Source of the DNA: Felis catus | Taxonomy: Eukaryota | Direction: 5' to 3' | Assembly: GCF_018350175.1 (NCBI RefSeq) | Contig: NC_058368.1 | Coordinates: forward strand, 135,410,001 to 135,474,000 | Length of the DNA: 64,000 nucleotides | Part shown: piece after piece, positions 36,479 through 49,038 of the stretch | How positions within the stretch are numbered: position 1 is the first letter of the stretch | How the letters are laid out: each line of letters opens with the position of its first letter | Translations under genes and position numbers: made by a program | The notes under the pieces: generated by a model | What the model was told of the DNA's origin: nothing | Databases searched by the model: none | Seen by the model: only the letters and a program-made list of their open reading frames with translations

Positions 36479-36839
36479 ACAAATTGGGAAAATGAAGATT
36501 GCATTTAGGTCTTCTCTGCAGACAATAAATTTGTCAGATTTCTAAAAAGGGATCTATGCAGTATATTCATGAATAGGGTGAGCGATTACTCTTTAAATGT
36601 CTTCAAATTTTACATGTAATTCCTTAAAAAAAAATGTGTCAGGAGGAAAGCAAAGTGTCTAACAGCGCAAACAAGGAGTTGAGAGGGAAGAAATCATGGC
36701 ATCTAGAGCTCTCCCTTTATTGAGGTGGTACCCAAGATCAGACATGGGAGATTGGGAAGGAGAGAAGTAATCCAAACTTGTCCTAATGGGAAGACAACCC
36801 AGCCCTAAGAGTGAGTTCTGCAGGGCCAAGGACAGCCAG

Positions 36840-37040
36840 ATCCATTGAGTTCAACAGGCAATAACTGTCCCCTGCATGTCAAGTTCCATGCTCTGTGCTA
36901 AGGATACAAAGATGAATATAACACCACTCCTGCCCTGACACGAAACCAAACTGAATAATCAGTAAGTGGACACTTAGAGGACAGAAGGAATAATAAAAGG
37001 ATAACGGAGGGGCCCTTGGGAATTCAGATGGAAATCCCCA
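36840..37040 (-). mobile_element. L2 fragment
   Basis: 'ttcaacaggcaataactg..ctctgtgctaaggatacaaagatgaatataac..cctgccct'. Confidence 0.6.
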
Positions 37041-39605
37041 GGCTTTGTCTTGGTGCTGAGTAGGACAGGAAGATGATCTCATTGTGCTTGAATAAAAGAT
37101 TCTAGTCCTCATTTGCACTAGCTGACAGACCCACTGCTTTCCATCAGTTGCTACCCTGAGTCTTTAACTAGCAGCCATTTCCTGTAGAAGCATGAGGAAC
37201 AAGATCATGGACAAAACCCCAGGCTGTGAGAAATTACTGCAAATTTACTGCAGGCACTATTATCTCCATTGAAAAAATGATAAAATTGGGGCTTAGAAAA
37301 ATTAATACCTTGAGCACTTCTCAAATGAAAGAATTGGCATTCAAATCATCACCCATCTAACATCAAATTCTAATTCTACCCTACTCCTTTTAATGTAGTG
37401 TGTCTGACTACATAATACTTTTGCCCCAAGAGCCACCCAGAGGACGACAGGGAGACAATGTCATTCTCTCTGATTTATGGTCAACATCTAAGAATGAAAC
37501 AAGAGGCCATGAAATCCCAAACATGACTTATGTACCTCTGGCCAGAGGATTGAGATTCCCAAATACTATCATCCCAGATGCCCCTCAAAGGCATGAACGT
37601 CAAAGCCTAAGGCTCCCCACATTGGGACACATTTCGGGTGGTTTTCATGCTGCCTTCAGCTGATGGATTTGGAGATTCCAGAGAGCAAAGAGAGAAATGG
37701 GCTGTGGGCCATAACCATGATTTAGAATTAGGGCTGGCATCTGTTAAGGTGTTCCATACATTCCAGCGTTTCACCTCATTTTATGAAATGAGTCTTCCCA
37801 TTTTTACTCACAGACTTCCCTCTGCCTAGGATATACACTTAGGTCCACGAGGTGGGCTTGGGGAAGAATCAGAGACAGCTTCTTCACTGTACAATACCCC
37901 TTCTCTCATTGCACACCTAGGCTGTGGTAGACTCTGTTCCGGGCACAGGGGCTAGGGTAGAAGTCAAAAAGGAAAAATCGCTTGTATCATGAAACTTCCT
38001 TCCTCTTCAAGGAGGAGAAAGATGATAAGTAAGCGAACAAAGCAATGAGAAAGATCATCTTCGATGGTAATAAACACCATAATGAAAGCTTTTAAAGGCT
38101 GGAGGAATACAAGAGAGACAGGGGAGGGGTAGTAAGACAGGATGATCTAAGAACTCTAAGGAGGGAATGTTTAATTAGAGGCACAAACTATCATCCCCTT
38201 TTGGGATCTAAGATTGCTTAGTAAGGTCAAACGTCTGGTGTCTTACTCTTCCTTCCTTCCTGAAGAATTCCTTTCCCAAAGGATCCTAATCCTTGTATAC
38301 AGTATTTTGGCCATCCTGCCCTACCAATTTAATAGACAAACCCAGACACGTGCAGATTCCCCTTGGACAAAAGCTGTCATCTCTGTCACATCAGTGACAG
38401 CATCAATACGGTTACTTCCAGTATTACTGCAGGACTACACGTCTACTTAACCAGCTGCAACTAAAAAAAAGAAACAGAGCCCAGGAAAGAGCAGGTGGGT
38501 GTGGGCTTCCAAAACCAAAGTAAGTAAAAGCAAGTTTGATCAAGTATCTCAAGGGCAACAAGAAGGTGCCTTTTTTCTTTCTTTCTTGTTTCTTTTTCTT
38601 TCTTGTTTTCTTTCTTTTGGCATAACAACCAAGATCTATGCTTGCTAACAGGTGATACGACTCTTTAAGGAGATCCAATGAGAAGATTAACTCTCACTGT
38701 GTCAAATATGATTTTTTTTTTTTTTAGGTATCTAAAGGCAGTATAAAAGAAAAGCATAAAAGGGTATAAAAATGGTAAGCTGTCCCTGAAGTCACCACCA
38801 CCTGTCATCCTCTCTGTCCCTCACACCCAGATCTTGGAGTTTCTACCTTCTCCTCCCCAGCAAAAGAAAGGCCAGGGAGAGACTAGCTGGGGTTTCTATC
38901 TATGATGAAGGAATTAGGATGTCTGAAGCATAAGAAGAGGCAGGACAAGGAGAGAAGGAGACTTCTGGAAGAAAGGAGGAAAGAGAAGGGTCTGACCTGA
39001 ACACTCTATCAGCCAAAGGAACCCCCACATGAAAGCATGCCAAAGGTCTGCTCAAGGAGGCCCTTGCTGGTGTAAAGAACACAGAGATGAGTCATCTGAA
39101 CGTAGGCTGTGGCCCCTCACGTTGCACCCTCACCCCACTAGAACTTCACATGCTGCATGTTCTATCATCGTAGACCTAGAGGAAGGAACTGAAAGAAATT
39201 TCCTCAGAGTTTATGTGCTTGTGTTAACTCAACAGAGAGGGAAGTAGACCACTCCCCACTGCACCCCACAGCCTCCATCCCAAAGGCAACCAAGATATCT
39301 TCAGGAACAGAGAGAACCCTTTCCAGCCATCACTGGCCCAGGGTCAAGCTCGTTTCCGTGACCTTCCTCTTCCACCTCAGAAGAGATCCCCAGATTACCA
39401 CCTCTCCCACCCCACTCAACTCCACCCCTTGTCACCCCTCCCCCAGCCCAAAACAGACTAGCAGCGGGTAACATCATTTTCATCTTTGTAATCACTGGCG
39501 TCACAATCTCTTTTTTTCCTTTCTCTCCCCATTTTATGGATTCAGTATGATTATGGAATTTTCTTTTTGTTATCTTTTGTCTTCCTAAGAATTGGTCCAC
39601 ATTTT

Positions 39606-39825
39606 AAAAAAAAAAATTTTTTAACGTTTATTTATTTTTGAGACAGAGAGAGACAGAACATGAACAGGGGAGGGGCAGAGAGAAAGGGAGACACAGAATC
39701 CGAAACGGGCTCCAGGTTCTGAGCTGTCAGCACAGAGCCCGACGCGGGGCTCGAACTCACGGACTGTGAGGTCATGACCTGAGCCGAAGTCGGACGCTTA
39801 ACCGACTGAGCCACCCAGGCGCCCC
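39606..39825 (-). mobile_element. Young Can-SINE (SINEC_Fc-type)
   Basis: CpG-rich, near consensus; short TSD CACATTTT. Confidence 0.97.
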
Positions 39826-39976
39826 CACATTTTTATTTTAGAGCCCATTCCTTTGAGTTCCTGCATTTCCAAAGTAACCAGATTCACATTCCACTTAGCC
39901 CTCCTGGTATCAAAATTAAACAACTACCCTGGCTTCAAAAACAAGTTAGAATGATACATATCAACTCTTCTTTGCC

Positions 39977-40091
39977 TTTTTTTTTTTTTTTTGAGGATTT
40001 TAAGTAATTTCTACACGCAACGTGGGGCTTGAACTCACAACCTTGAGACCAAGAGTCACACGCTCAAGCAACTGGGCCAGCCCAGTGCCCC
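39977..40091 (-). mobile_element. Short tRNA-like Can-SINE (SINEC_old-type)
   Basis: polyT plus reverse tRNA-like head; TSD CTCTTCTTT at 39965-39973 and 40092-40100. Confidence 0.88.
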
Positions 40092-40253
40092 CTCTTCTTT
40101 CCCTTTAATACTGCAGAAGACAGTAGAGCACAAAATAGAATCACACACCTTGTACAACACAGTGTGTGAGGCATGTTATTTTTGTTAAAATCCAATTTGG
40201 GACATAGGAGAATAAGGAGAGTTTCAAAACTTAAGATATCTAAAATGTCTCAC

Positions 40254-40515
40254 GGGGCACCTGGGTGTCTCAGTCGGTTAAGCGTCCCACTTAGGCTTAG
40301 GTCATGATCTCACGGTTCATGGCTTCATGAGCCCCCACATGGGGCTCTGTGCTGACAGCTCAGAGCCTGGAGCCTGCTTCGGATTCTGTATCTCCCTCTC
40401 TTTCTGCCCACCCCACCACTTGCTCACACGTGCATGCACTCACTCTCTCTCTCTCTCTCTCAGTCTCTCTCTCTCTCTCTCTCAAAAATAAATAAACACG
40501 AAAAAAATTTTTTTT
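40254..40515 (+). mobile_element. Can-SINE
   Basis: Head, long (CT)n, tail. Confidence 0.95.
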
Positions 40516-41024
40516 AATGTCCCAACACCGTCTTTCTCTTCCAACCAACCAGCAGTTGGCACATTCGATTTCAATGGCTTGGGAAGAAAAGAACAGAGAA
40601 AAGCAGGGGATGATTTTAACCCTGAAACTCGTGGCTTTTTAGGTCACTTCTGTAAAAAAAAACTACTTAAATCAGCTAAAAGTCTAAAAACAGTTCATAT
40701 TAACAAGGGAGAAGAATATAGGAAGCACCTGGAGAAAATTCCTCCACTCAGTAAGGAGAAATTTAAGCTACAGACAATTCACAGCTCTGGCAAACACCTG
40801 AGCTGAAACACAAGTTTTGAACCTCTAAACTCAAATCCTGTTCATCTTTCCACCGCACCACAAAGGCAGACCTGATTCCAGTGCAGGAACTCAGAGACGG
40901 TGCTGAGGAAAAATGGCCCCGTGTCATGCAAACCCTTATAGCAACAGCTCACCAGACAGCTAAGCAAAAATACTCTGCTCTCCAACATCTTTTTCTCCAC
41001 CAGCCATCAGATCTTAAATGTTGT

Positions 41025-41222
41025 GGGGGAGACTGAGTGGCTCAGTTAAGCGTCCCACTCCAGCTCAGGTCATGATTTCATAGTTTGTGGGTTCGGGCCC
41101 AACATCGGGCTCTGTGCTTGGAGCCTGGGGCCTGCTTCAGATTCTGCGTCTCCGTCTGCCTCTCCCCTGCTCGCCCGTGCTCTCTCTCTCTCTCTCAAAA
41201 ATAACAGTAGAAAAAAGTATTT
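41025..41222 (+). mobile_element. Can-SINE whose tail is interrupted by a second SINE
   Basis: Head 'gggggagactgagtggctcag'; outer TSD AGATCTTAA at about 41009 and 41461. Confidence 0.9.
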
Positions 41223-41223
41223 T

Positions 41224-41440
41224 AAAAATTTTTTTGATGTTTTTATTTATTTTTGAGACAGCGAGAGACAGAGCATGAGCAGGGGAGGAGCAGAGAGAGA
41301 GGGAGACACAGAATCTGAAGCAGGCTCCAGGCTCCGAGCTGTCAGCACAGAGCCCGACACAGGGCTCAAACTCACGGACTGTGAGATCATGACCTGAGCT
41401 GAAGTAGGACGCTCAACCGACTGAGCCATCCAGACACCCC
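41224..41440 (-). mobile_element. Can-SINE inserted antisense into the preceding SINE tail
   Basis: TSD GAAAAAAGTA at 41210-41219 and 41442-41451. Confidence 0.95.
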
Positions 41441-41773
41441 TGAAAAAAGTACTTTTAAAAAGATCTTAATAGTGGTAAAAAGCCAGTTCTTCCCCCAATA
41501 TTAAATCATAAAATCCAGAGACTTAAAAGTAGAGCTATTCACCACCCCCACCAATCTCCCTGCCAATCCAAATTTTGTTCTTTCTTCAACATCCTTCTCT
41601 TACCACCCCTGATTTATATCACTCCAACCTTAACAGGATTTCTAATTGTACCGGTTCAGCATATTCCAGTCCTGACCGAAACAGAGTTCCTGCCTAGAAA
41701 AAAGTCAAATAATGTGGCCAAGCCACAGTTGATCCTGCTTCCTAGAAATGCCTGCTCCCCACCCACCCCCACC

Positions 41774-41804
<31 letters not shown>

Positions 41805-41851
41805 GAAAAGAAAAGAAAAGAAAAGAAAAGAAAAGAAAAGAAAAGAAAAGA
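41774..41851. repeat. polyA plus (AAAAG)n pentanucleotide repeat
   Basis: Directly visible; pure polypurine tract. Confidence 0.97.
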
Positions 41852-43009
41852 GAAATGCCAGCTCCCCAGCCTTGGGCTTCCATAGCCTCTGAGGGCCTGC
41901 AAGGCATCAGGGGTACACAGAGCGAAGCGGCAGGAGTAAACCCCAAACGTCCTCCGATGAGGTCACGGCTAGGCTTTGGGACGGTTACCACAAACTTTCC
42001 CACTTGAATCTCAGTGGACGCACTCAGGATGCCAGAGCTGCCTTTACTTTTTGTATTTCTAAAATCCCGCTGAGGCCCCAAATGGCAACAATTAACAACC
42101 CAATCCAAACCGATAGCAAGCATGAACCTCAAACGCACGCAGACTGGCCAGAGGCATTCTGTAACCGTCGTTTGTTCACTTAGGGACTCACTGTGTATAC
42201 TTCTTTGGCATCCCCAAACTAGCCTCTACATTTGTAGACGTAATATGACTTTTAGAGAGAGATCTTTCCCCTCCCTCACAAAACATCAGGCACCTTCTGG
42301 ACAAAATTACCCACCTTCTGATTAGCTCTAAAAGGCCAGATTTAATGCAGTGAAAAGACAGTCTATCAGCCCGAAGGGGATCTTCTTGGGAGATCTGCCA
42401 GTGTAGTGGGTCTTTCTGACTGAAGAGAATTCAAACGTCCCCTCAGTCCAGGCCTGCAAAGTTTAAAAGGCAAGATGTAACACGCATGGGCGAGGCAGGG
42501 CTGTGGTGCTCAGCTGTCTCCAGCATCACGTCTGGTTCAAGCCGGCACACCTGCTGTCTGACCTACACAGAAGCGGGCGGGACAGGATTGCAAAGCACAC
42601 ACACCCGTGTGCCGGGCGCTGCCGGAGAACCTGCTTTCTCAGGGTGAGAGTCAAGTGCTTCAGCCAGACAGTATCACTCACCCCTGTGGCCGAGGTGTAC
42701 CTGTCATGCTGCCATGGTGCCCTCGGGGGAAGCTGAAGCTGAGGGGATTTTGGAAGTACTCCCTGCTCAAGCAGGGGCTCCACCCTCATCCCCGCGTGGT
42801 GCCGGCTCCCTTTTTCTCCACCAGCAGGGCGCTGCTATTCCCTGCCTTCTTCTCTGCCTCCCACCCCATCACTACGTGCAACAGGTGCAGCAGGAATGAA
42901 AGTTTGTTTCTGCTCCTTCCTCTAGGATACTGTCCCAAAACTGGAGTTGCTAAAAAAAAGTATTTTAAAGATTTGGGGTACATACTGCCAAGTTGTCCTT
43001 AGTATAGAC

Positions 43010-43815
43010 ACACATTCACCTTCCTGCCTCCCTTGCCTTTGGAGAACCCCTTCCCATTCCATAGTAACCCAGCCCAAAACATGTGGCTCAGCTGATCCAG
43101 CTCCCTGGCTCCAGAGCTCAGATGGTGACCTTGCCTAGCCAGTAAGAGGACCCCATCCCTTGACCCAGAAAGTGGTTCAGGAATGGACACATAACCCAAG
43201 CCAGGCTAACTGGAGATTCCCTGGGACTTGTGCCGGAGATCCTTTAAAAAGAGATGCTCACTCACCCACAAATCTAAGACAGAAAGTAGCCTAGCATAGC
43301 CGTTGCCTAGGACTGAGGTGTTGACACAGGAAGGGAAGGGGAGTGAAGAATACTAATTGGCATGAGCTTTCTTTTGCAGTGATGGAAATGCTCTAAACTT
43401 GATTGTGGTGATGGTGCACATCTCTGTGAATATATTTTAAATCCATTAACTGTGTGCTTGAAATGGGTGCATTGGAATAGTATATGAGCATCTCCATAAA
43501 GCTGTTATTTTACAAGGAGAGAGAGATGCTGACTCTCACTCTCTCCCTTTCTCTAGAACTGCAAGCAGCAAGACTCTGTAAAGTTGGGTCAGCAGCAGCC
43601 ATCTCTTCGCCTTGTAGAGAGAACCTGCCTGACAATACAGCCGTGTGGAGGCAAGCAAAGGAAAGAGACAGTGACAAGACAGAGACACCAGACCCAACTT
43701 TGCATAAAGCCATTCCCATTCCTTGAACTTCTTGATGCATAAGCCCAAAAATATCCTTCTTTTGTTTCAACTGGTTTAAGTTTAATTTCTGTCACAACCA
43801 ACAAAGTCCTGCTGT
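43010..43815 (+). mobile_element. MaLR LTR (MLT1-type) split by an L1 3' fragment
   Basis: 'agtggttcaggaatggacacataacccaagccaggctaa' ... 'gcagccatct' ... terminal 'tttctgtcacaaccaacaaagtcctg'. Confidence 0.7.
43264..43521 (+). mobile_element. Old L1 3' end (L1MB/MC-type)
   Basis: 'gtgatggaaatgctctaaacttgattgtggtgatggtgcaca..ctccataaagctgttattt'; TSD AGAGATGCT(C/G)ACTC. Confidence 0.85.
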
Positions 43816-44509
43816 GGCTTTCCTGAAAGGATGCCCAAATGCGTTCCTCACCAGCTGTGAATGAGTGTCCAGCCCCCCAAGCCTCCTACACAAGAATTAT
43901 TTTTAATAGCTTTGATCAGAGATAGGCCAAAAAAATTACAAATCTTAGATTCCTACCAAGGTCATACATCAGTATCGACCCTTATTTTTTCCTTCATAAA
44001 ATTGTCTATTTTTGCATGAACGATGTATAGGATAATGTCAGTAAAGCTGTGACTATTTTTCATCTGTGACTATTTTTCCTAGTTATCAGTTGACCTTTTG
44101 GTTTTTAGGATACTTTTTATATGCAGAAGTATTTTTATGAACAAAACCTATCCACTTTTCCCTTGTAATGCTATTGTTTTTATTTTTAGAAGGTCTCCAT
44201 CTAAAATTAAAGCAATATTCTCATGGCTTCATTTTTTAATTGAACACCCTGATCCACCTGGTATTTCAGATTATAAGGAGAGCTTAGCATGTTATTTTTA
44301 CCCAAACTAGTGCTCTAATCATTCCAGTATTCATTATTTCTTTTTTTTCCAACTTATTTATGATGGCTACTTATATCAGATATTAGATCCATTAACATAG
44401 TAGAGTTTCTTTCTTGACTGTGCATGTGGTTATGTTGAACTGAGCACCAATCTTGAGCAATTGCTCTGCTAGTTTACCTACTATAACCTTGTATTACAGT
44501 TTTGGGGTA

Positions 44510-45244
44510 TTTTTTATTGTAGTAAAATAGGCATAACATCATAAAACTTAGCATTTTAACCACCTTTAAGTGTATAGTTCAGTGGCATTAAATACATATA
44601 CAATATTGTACAACCATCACCACCATCCATCTCCAGAACTTTTTCATCTTCCCAGAATGAAACTCTGTACCCATTAAACACCGACACCCCACTCCTTCTC
44701 CCTCAAGCCCCTGGCAACCACTATTCTACTTTCTGCTTCTGTTCATTTGACTATTCTAGATACCTCATATAAGTGGAATCATACAATATTTGTCCTTGGA
44801 TGTCTAGCTGATTTCACTTGGCATAATGTCTTCAGGGCTCATCCATATTGGGGCATGTATCAGAATTTCATTCCTTTTCAAGGCTGAATAATCTTTCATT
44901 GGACGGACACACCACATTTTGTTTATCCATTCATCTATTGATGGGCATTTGGGTTGTTTCCACTTTTTAGACGTTGTGAATAATGTTGCTTGAACACTGG
45001 TGTACAAATATCTGTTTGAATCCCTACTTTCAATTATTTTGTGTACGTACCCAGGAGTGGACTTGCTGGATCCAATGGTAATTCTATGTTTAATTTTTGA
45101 GGAACTGTCATACTGTTTTCCACAGCAGCCGCACCATCTGACCTTCCCACCAGCAAAGCACACTGGTTCTAATCCCTGTACATCCACACCAACACTTGTT
45201 GCTTTCTGTTTGGGTAATAGACATCCTAATGGGTGTGAAGTAGT
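44510..45244 (-). mobile_element. L1MB-type 3' end (ORF2 C-terminus plus 3'UTR)
   Basis: Translated remnant KKWKQPKCPSIDEWINKMW..YSALKRNEILIHA matches the L1 ORF2 C-terminus. Confidence 0.93.
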
Positions 45245-46306
45245 GTAATACATTTTAATACATGATAGTACAAGTGTTTTCTCATTATGATGCTTTGCCA
45301 AAGACATTTTGGCCATTCTCTATTTTTTTTTTCTCCCAGAAGAATTATTTTTAAGTCCCCCAAAGATCTTATATGAAAAATAATTAGGATTCTCCTGAAC
45401 TTACTTTGAAAAAAATCACATAATTCATATCTTTAAGACATTGAACCCCACCACCTACAAAGAAATGAAATATTTTTCTATTCCCCTTAGGAACATTTGA
45501 GCTTTCTTCATATTAGACCTAAGCATTTCTTGTTAAGATTATCACTAGGTACTTCATATTTTTATGCTGTTGTGAATGGAACAATTGACCTCTTTTTAGA
45601 AAACAACTTTTAAAAGAAGAAACCCCATAATCAACAATCACACTCATTTATGAGACACCCGCTATTTTAAGATCAGTGATAAAGGTCAATAGTGCCTGTC
45701 TTCGCCATGGAAATTTACCGAAACAAAAAAGAAAGCATCGGTTAAAACTTCATTGGATTGCCTCTTTTAAAGGCCCAGAGCATCACTCCTGAGGAGGCAA
45801 GTAAATCACACCTAAGGAGGCAAGTACAATTGTGGGTAATTTAATGTTTAATCAATGTGTGTTATAGCTACCATTAATTTTAGGTCAAATTTATGATACA
45901 CGAGTTTTCTTGTGTCCTACGTGTACCTTGCATTACACTGGCCTTTCTTTGTGGATTTATACCCATTTTATTACTTCATTAATTCACCATTTAAATTATT
46001 ACTGAAGTTTACACCTGTATTTCTCCTCTACAATATATTTACGTATCTGTGATTTATTTACTATCAACCCTTCAGTCAGAAAAACAATCTGTAATTTTAC
46101 TATAGCTCCTAGGAGGAAATATGATTCACTTTATAACAATTTACTTTAAGACATTCCACTCTCTACTATGCAGTTTCTGGGCTCATTGCATAGGAAAGCT
46201 TTCACTGACAAAATTCTTCCCTTGCTGGGGGAAAAATGTCAACCCTATTCTCAGTGCTGAGTGCAGAGTGGCTATATAATAATACACATCAAAAATACAG
46301 GGTTTA

Positions 46307-46494
46307 TTTATGAAAAACTGTATGACAACAAATTGGACAACCTGGAAGAAACGGATAAATTCCTAGGAACATATGAACTACCAAAACTGAAACAGGAAGA
46401 AATAGAAAACTTGAACAGACCGATAACCAGCAAAGAAATTGAATCAGTAATAAAAAAAAAAAAAAAAAAAAGAATCCCCCAACCAACAAAAGAA
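46307..46494 (+). mobile_element. Internal carnivore L1 ORF2 fragment flanked by TSDs
   Basis: Encodes YEKLYDNKLDNLEETDKFLGTYELPKLKQEEIENLNRPITSKEIESVIK; TSD AAAAATACA(G/T)GGTTTA at 46291-46306 and 46495-46510. Confidence 0.93.
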
Positions 46495-47814
46495 AAAAAT
46501 ACATGGTTTAAGACATTGAATATATACAGCTTAGTCCTCTGGAAATGTATGAAAGTTTTCCTGTCCTCTTCCAAAACTGGCCTAAGAATGTCAAGAAAGA
46601 ACAAAGATACCACCTCATGCAACTTCCTCCCTGACATTTGTCCCCCTTGACAGGGGAAGAATTCTGTCACTAGAGGGAAACTGTCGACAGCAATCTGAGT
46701 CCTGATGAGGTTACACATCAACCCCATGTGCCTCCATCTCACCTTAACCCTCACCGCATTAAGATCCGTGAAAAGCATGCGAGTTGTGGCTTCTCTGTTT
46801 TTTAAGATTCATACTTTTGGCCAAGCAAGAGAAACAAAGGGGTATTTTTGTACTAAGGGAAACAAAAAACGGAAACAGAAACCCATTGAGGTGAACGGTG
46901 GACCTCAAGCAAGTCATTATAAACCCTCTGGCTGGTGCCATCTATTTTAATAAACTTGTCATCCTCCCCCACCAGTAACTCCACTCTCATTCCAACCCTT
47001 CATTTATGTACACAAATAGGTGCAATAATATAAACGACTCAAAGTTGGACCCAAAAATGCCATCACTACTGTAGGCAATGCTTTGGTTTTTTTTGTTTTT
47101 TGTTTTTTGTTTTCCCCATACTGCTACTGGGTCTCTTCTGATTATTAAAGTTCCCACCTTCAGAAGCAAGCTGATTACATTTGGGACATACGTTCCAATT
47201 TTGGTCCCTGGAATACGACATATTTTACTTTTCAGATATAACAGTAACATTATTTATTGCTCTAAGGGAGCAAATAGTATCACTTATTACTGATTAGGAA
47301 AAGGAAAAAAAAGATCCAAGCCAACCATTAACTTGCTTTTAGTGTTCAACCCTTTATAAAAATAGCTACCAAACAATATCTATTTTTTGGCTGTGGGGTT
47401 GGAAGGGCAATCTCAAACTAATGACTACTGAGTGGAAGAAACCAGAGAGGAAAGTCATATGAAAGATTCAAACCCATCTCCTCAATTTCCAACAATTCTA
47501 GTTAACAGAAAAATCTTGTGTGTCCACTAAATTGTTTCCATGCTCTGTTCTTGCAACTCAATCTAATTGGAGAGTATTTTCATGAAATAATCTTGGTACT
47601 GGATAATTTGATTTGTCTAAAAGCATAAACTAAATACTAAAAAGAACCTTAACTTGAAATATAAAAGAGAATGGCTATTGTATAGAGACAAGCAAACAAC
47701 ATAAATAAAGCTTAAGGCTTAGGATCACCCATGAGCTATAACCATTTTTAAGTCAACATCTGTTTTCATAAAAATTTTATACACCTAAGGCCTCTGAATA
47801 ACTTCCACCATCTC

Positions 47815-48170
47815 TGTATCAGTCAGAATAAGCTAAATTCTGCTATGATAACAAATAATCCTAAAATCTCAGTGGCTGACAAAAATATGTTAATTTCTTG
47901 CTTATACCATATACCCATCACAGATCAGCCGCAGCTCTGTTCTACACGGCCTTCCTTCTGGGCTCCAGGTCGATGGAGTAACCTGCATTTGAAACATTGT
48001 TGTTGGGGAAGAGGGTATCAAAGAAAGAAGAAAGGGTATCGTGAAGCAGAAACTGACTTTTAAAGCTTCTGCCCCAAAGTGACGTATGTCACTTTGGCTC
48101 ACATTTCACTGGCCAAAGCAAGTCACGAAAGTCACCTGAGTTAAAGAGAGCAAGGTTATATAATCGTCCT
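47815..48170 (-). mobile_element. MaLR LTR (MLT1J-like)
   Basis: 'tgtatcagtcagaataagcta..aacaaataatcctaaaatctcagtggct..ctcacatttcactggccaaagcaagtcac'. Confidence 0.8.
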
Positions 48171-48440
48171 CCCACAGCCTCTTAGCTGGACTTCTTACCT
48201 CTAATCTACTTCCTGTCAAAGTCATCCCCTCTGCATTACTCCCTGAGGTGCCTGTCCAAACCTGACCATGTTCCTCCACCACCCAGAAATCTCTACAATG
48301 GAGCTTTCCCCTATTTGTATATGAAATGTTACTACAGTGTGTGCTAATGGACCAACGGAATAGGAGAGTTCCAGAATAAATGCGGTGGCTTTTCCAGAAT
48401 GCTAATGTTACTTGAAGATTTAGAAATAGATATACTTTTT

Positions 48441-48649
48441 AAATTCTTCTAAATGTTTTATTTATTTTTGAGAAAGAGTGTGAGCGGGGAGGGGCGGGGG
48501 GGTGGAGGGGGGGGCCTGGACAGAAGATCCAAAGGGAGCCCTGTGCTGACAGCAGCGAGCCAGATGTAGGGCTGGAACTCACAAACAGGGAGCTCATGAC
48601 CTGAACCGAAGTCAGATGCGCTCAACCAACTGAGCCACCCAGGGACCCG
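48441..48649 (-). mobile_element. Can-SINE with G-rich body
   Basis: Reverse head 'aaccaactgagccacccagggaccc'; TSD-like ATACTTTTT on both sides. Confidence 0.93.
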
Positions 48650-48863
48650 AGAAAGATACATACTTTTTTAAAATAAAATAAACCTGGATCTCTTTAGCAA
48701 GAATCTCTAAAGAAAGTTGGTGTTCGAATCGGGGCTCACTGGGCTATCCACATCTCCTGGTGTTATCAGTGCAGCAGCCTTGTTTACTCTCAAGGGCGCT
48801 TTAATCAAAGAGGTTGAGAAACACAGGGCTTTCATTATCTGGCACTTCCTACCTCTCTAGAGC

Positions 48864-49019
48864 ACCACTGTCCATTAAGGTAAACAATAACCACATGTGG
48901 CTATTGAGCACTTGAATTTGTGGCTAATGTGACTGAGGAACGGAATGTTTAATTGTATTTATCTTCATTAAATTTAAATACCCACATGTGGCTAATGGCT
49001 ACTGTATTAGACAGCACTG
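48864..49019. mobile_element. MER3-type hAT-Charlie MITE
   Basis: 'ccacatgtggctattgagcacttgaa..gtgactgagga..ccacatgtggctaatggctactgtattagacagcac'. Confidence 0.85.
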
Positions 49020-49038
49020 ACAGAAAACATTCCCAGCT

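Larger units (their letters stand above)
42860..45590 (-). mobile_element. Fragmented ancient L1 (L1ME-type) hosting nested insertions
   Basis: Antisense L1 motifs 'ctaggatactgtcccaaaactggagttgct..tactgccaagttgtcct', 'ttgtgaatgga', 'tttcttgttaagattatcactaggta'. Confidence 0.55.

Noticed and set aside
38300..38478. Strong minus-strand acceptor-like TTTCTTTTTTTTAG
   Set aside because: All three downstream frames hit stop codons within 12 codons; a non-coding exon cannot be supported from sequence alone.
41656..42138. 160-aa ORF and overlapping Lys/Phe-rich ORFs
   Set aside because: Held open by the (AAAAG)n microsatellite.
44804..45316. 170-aa ORF, the longest in the window
   Set aside because: Frameshifted remnant of the L1 ORF2 C-terminus, not a host gene.
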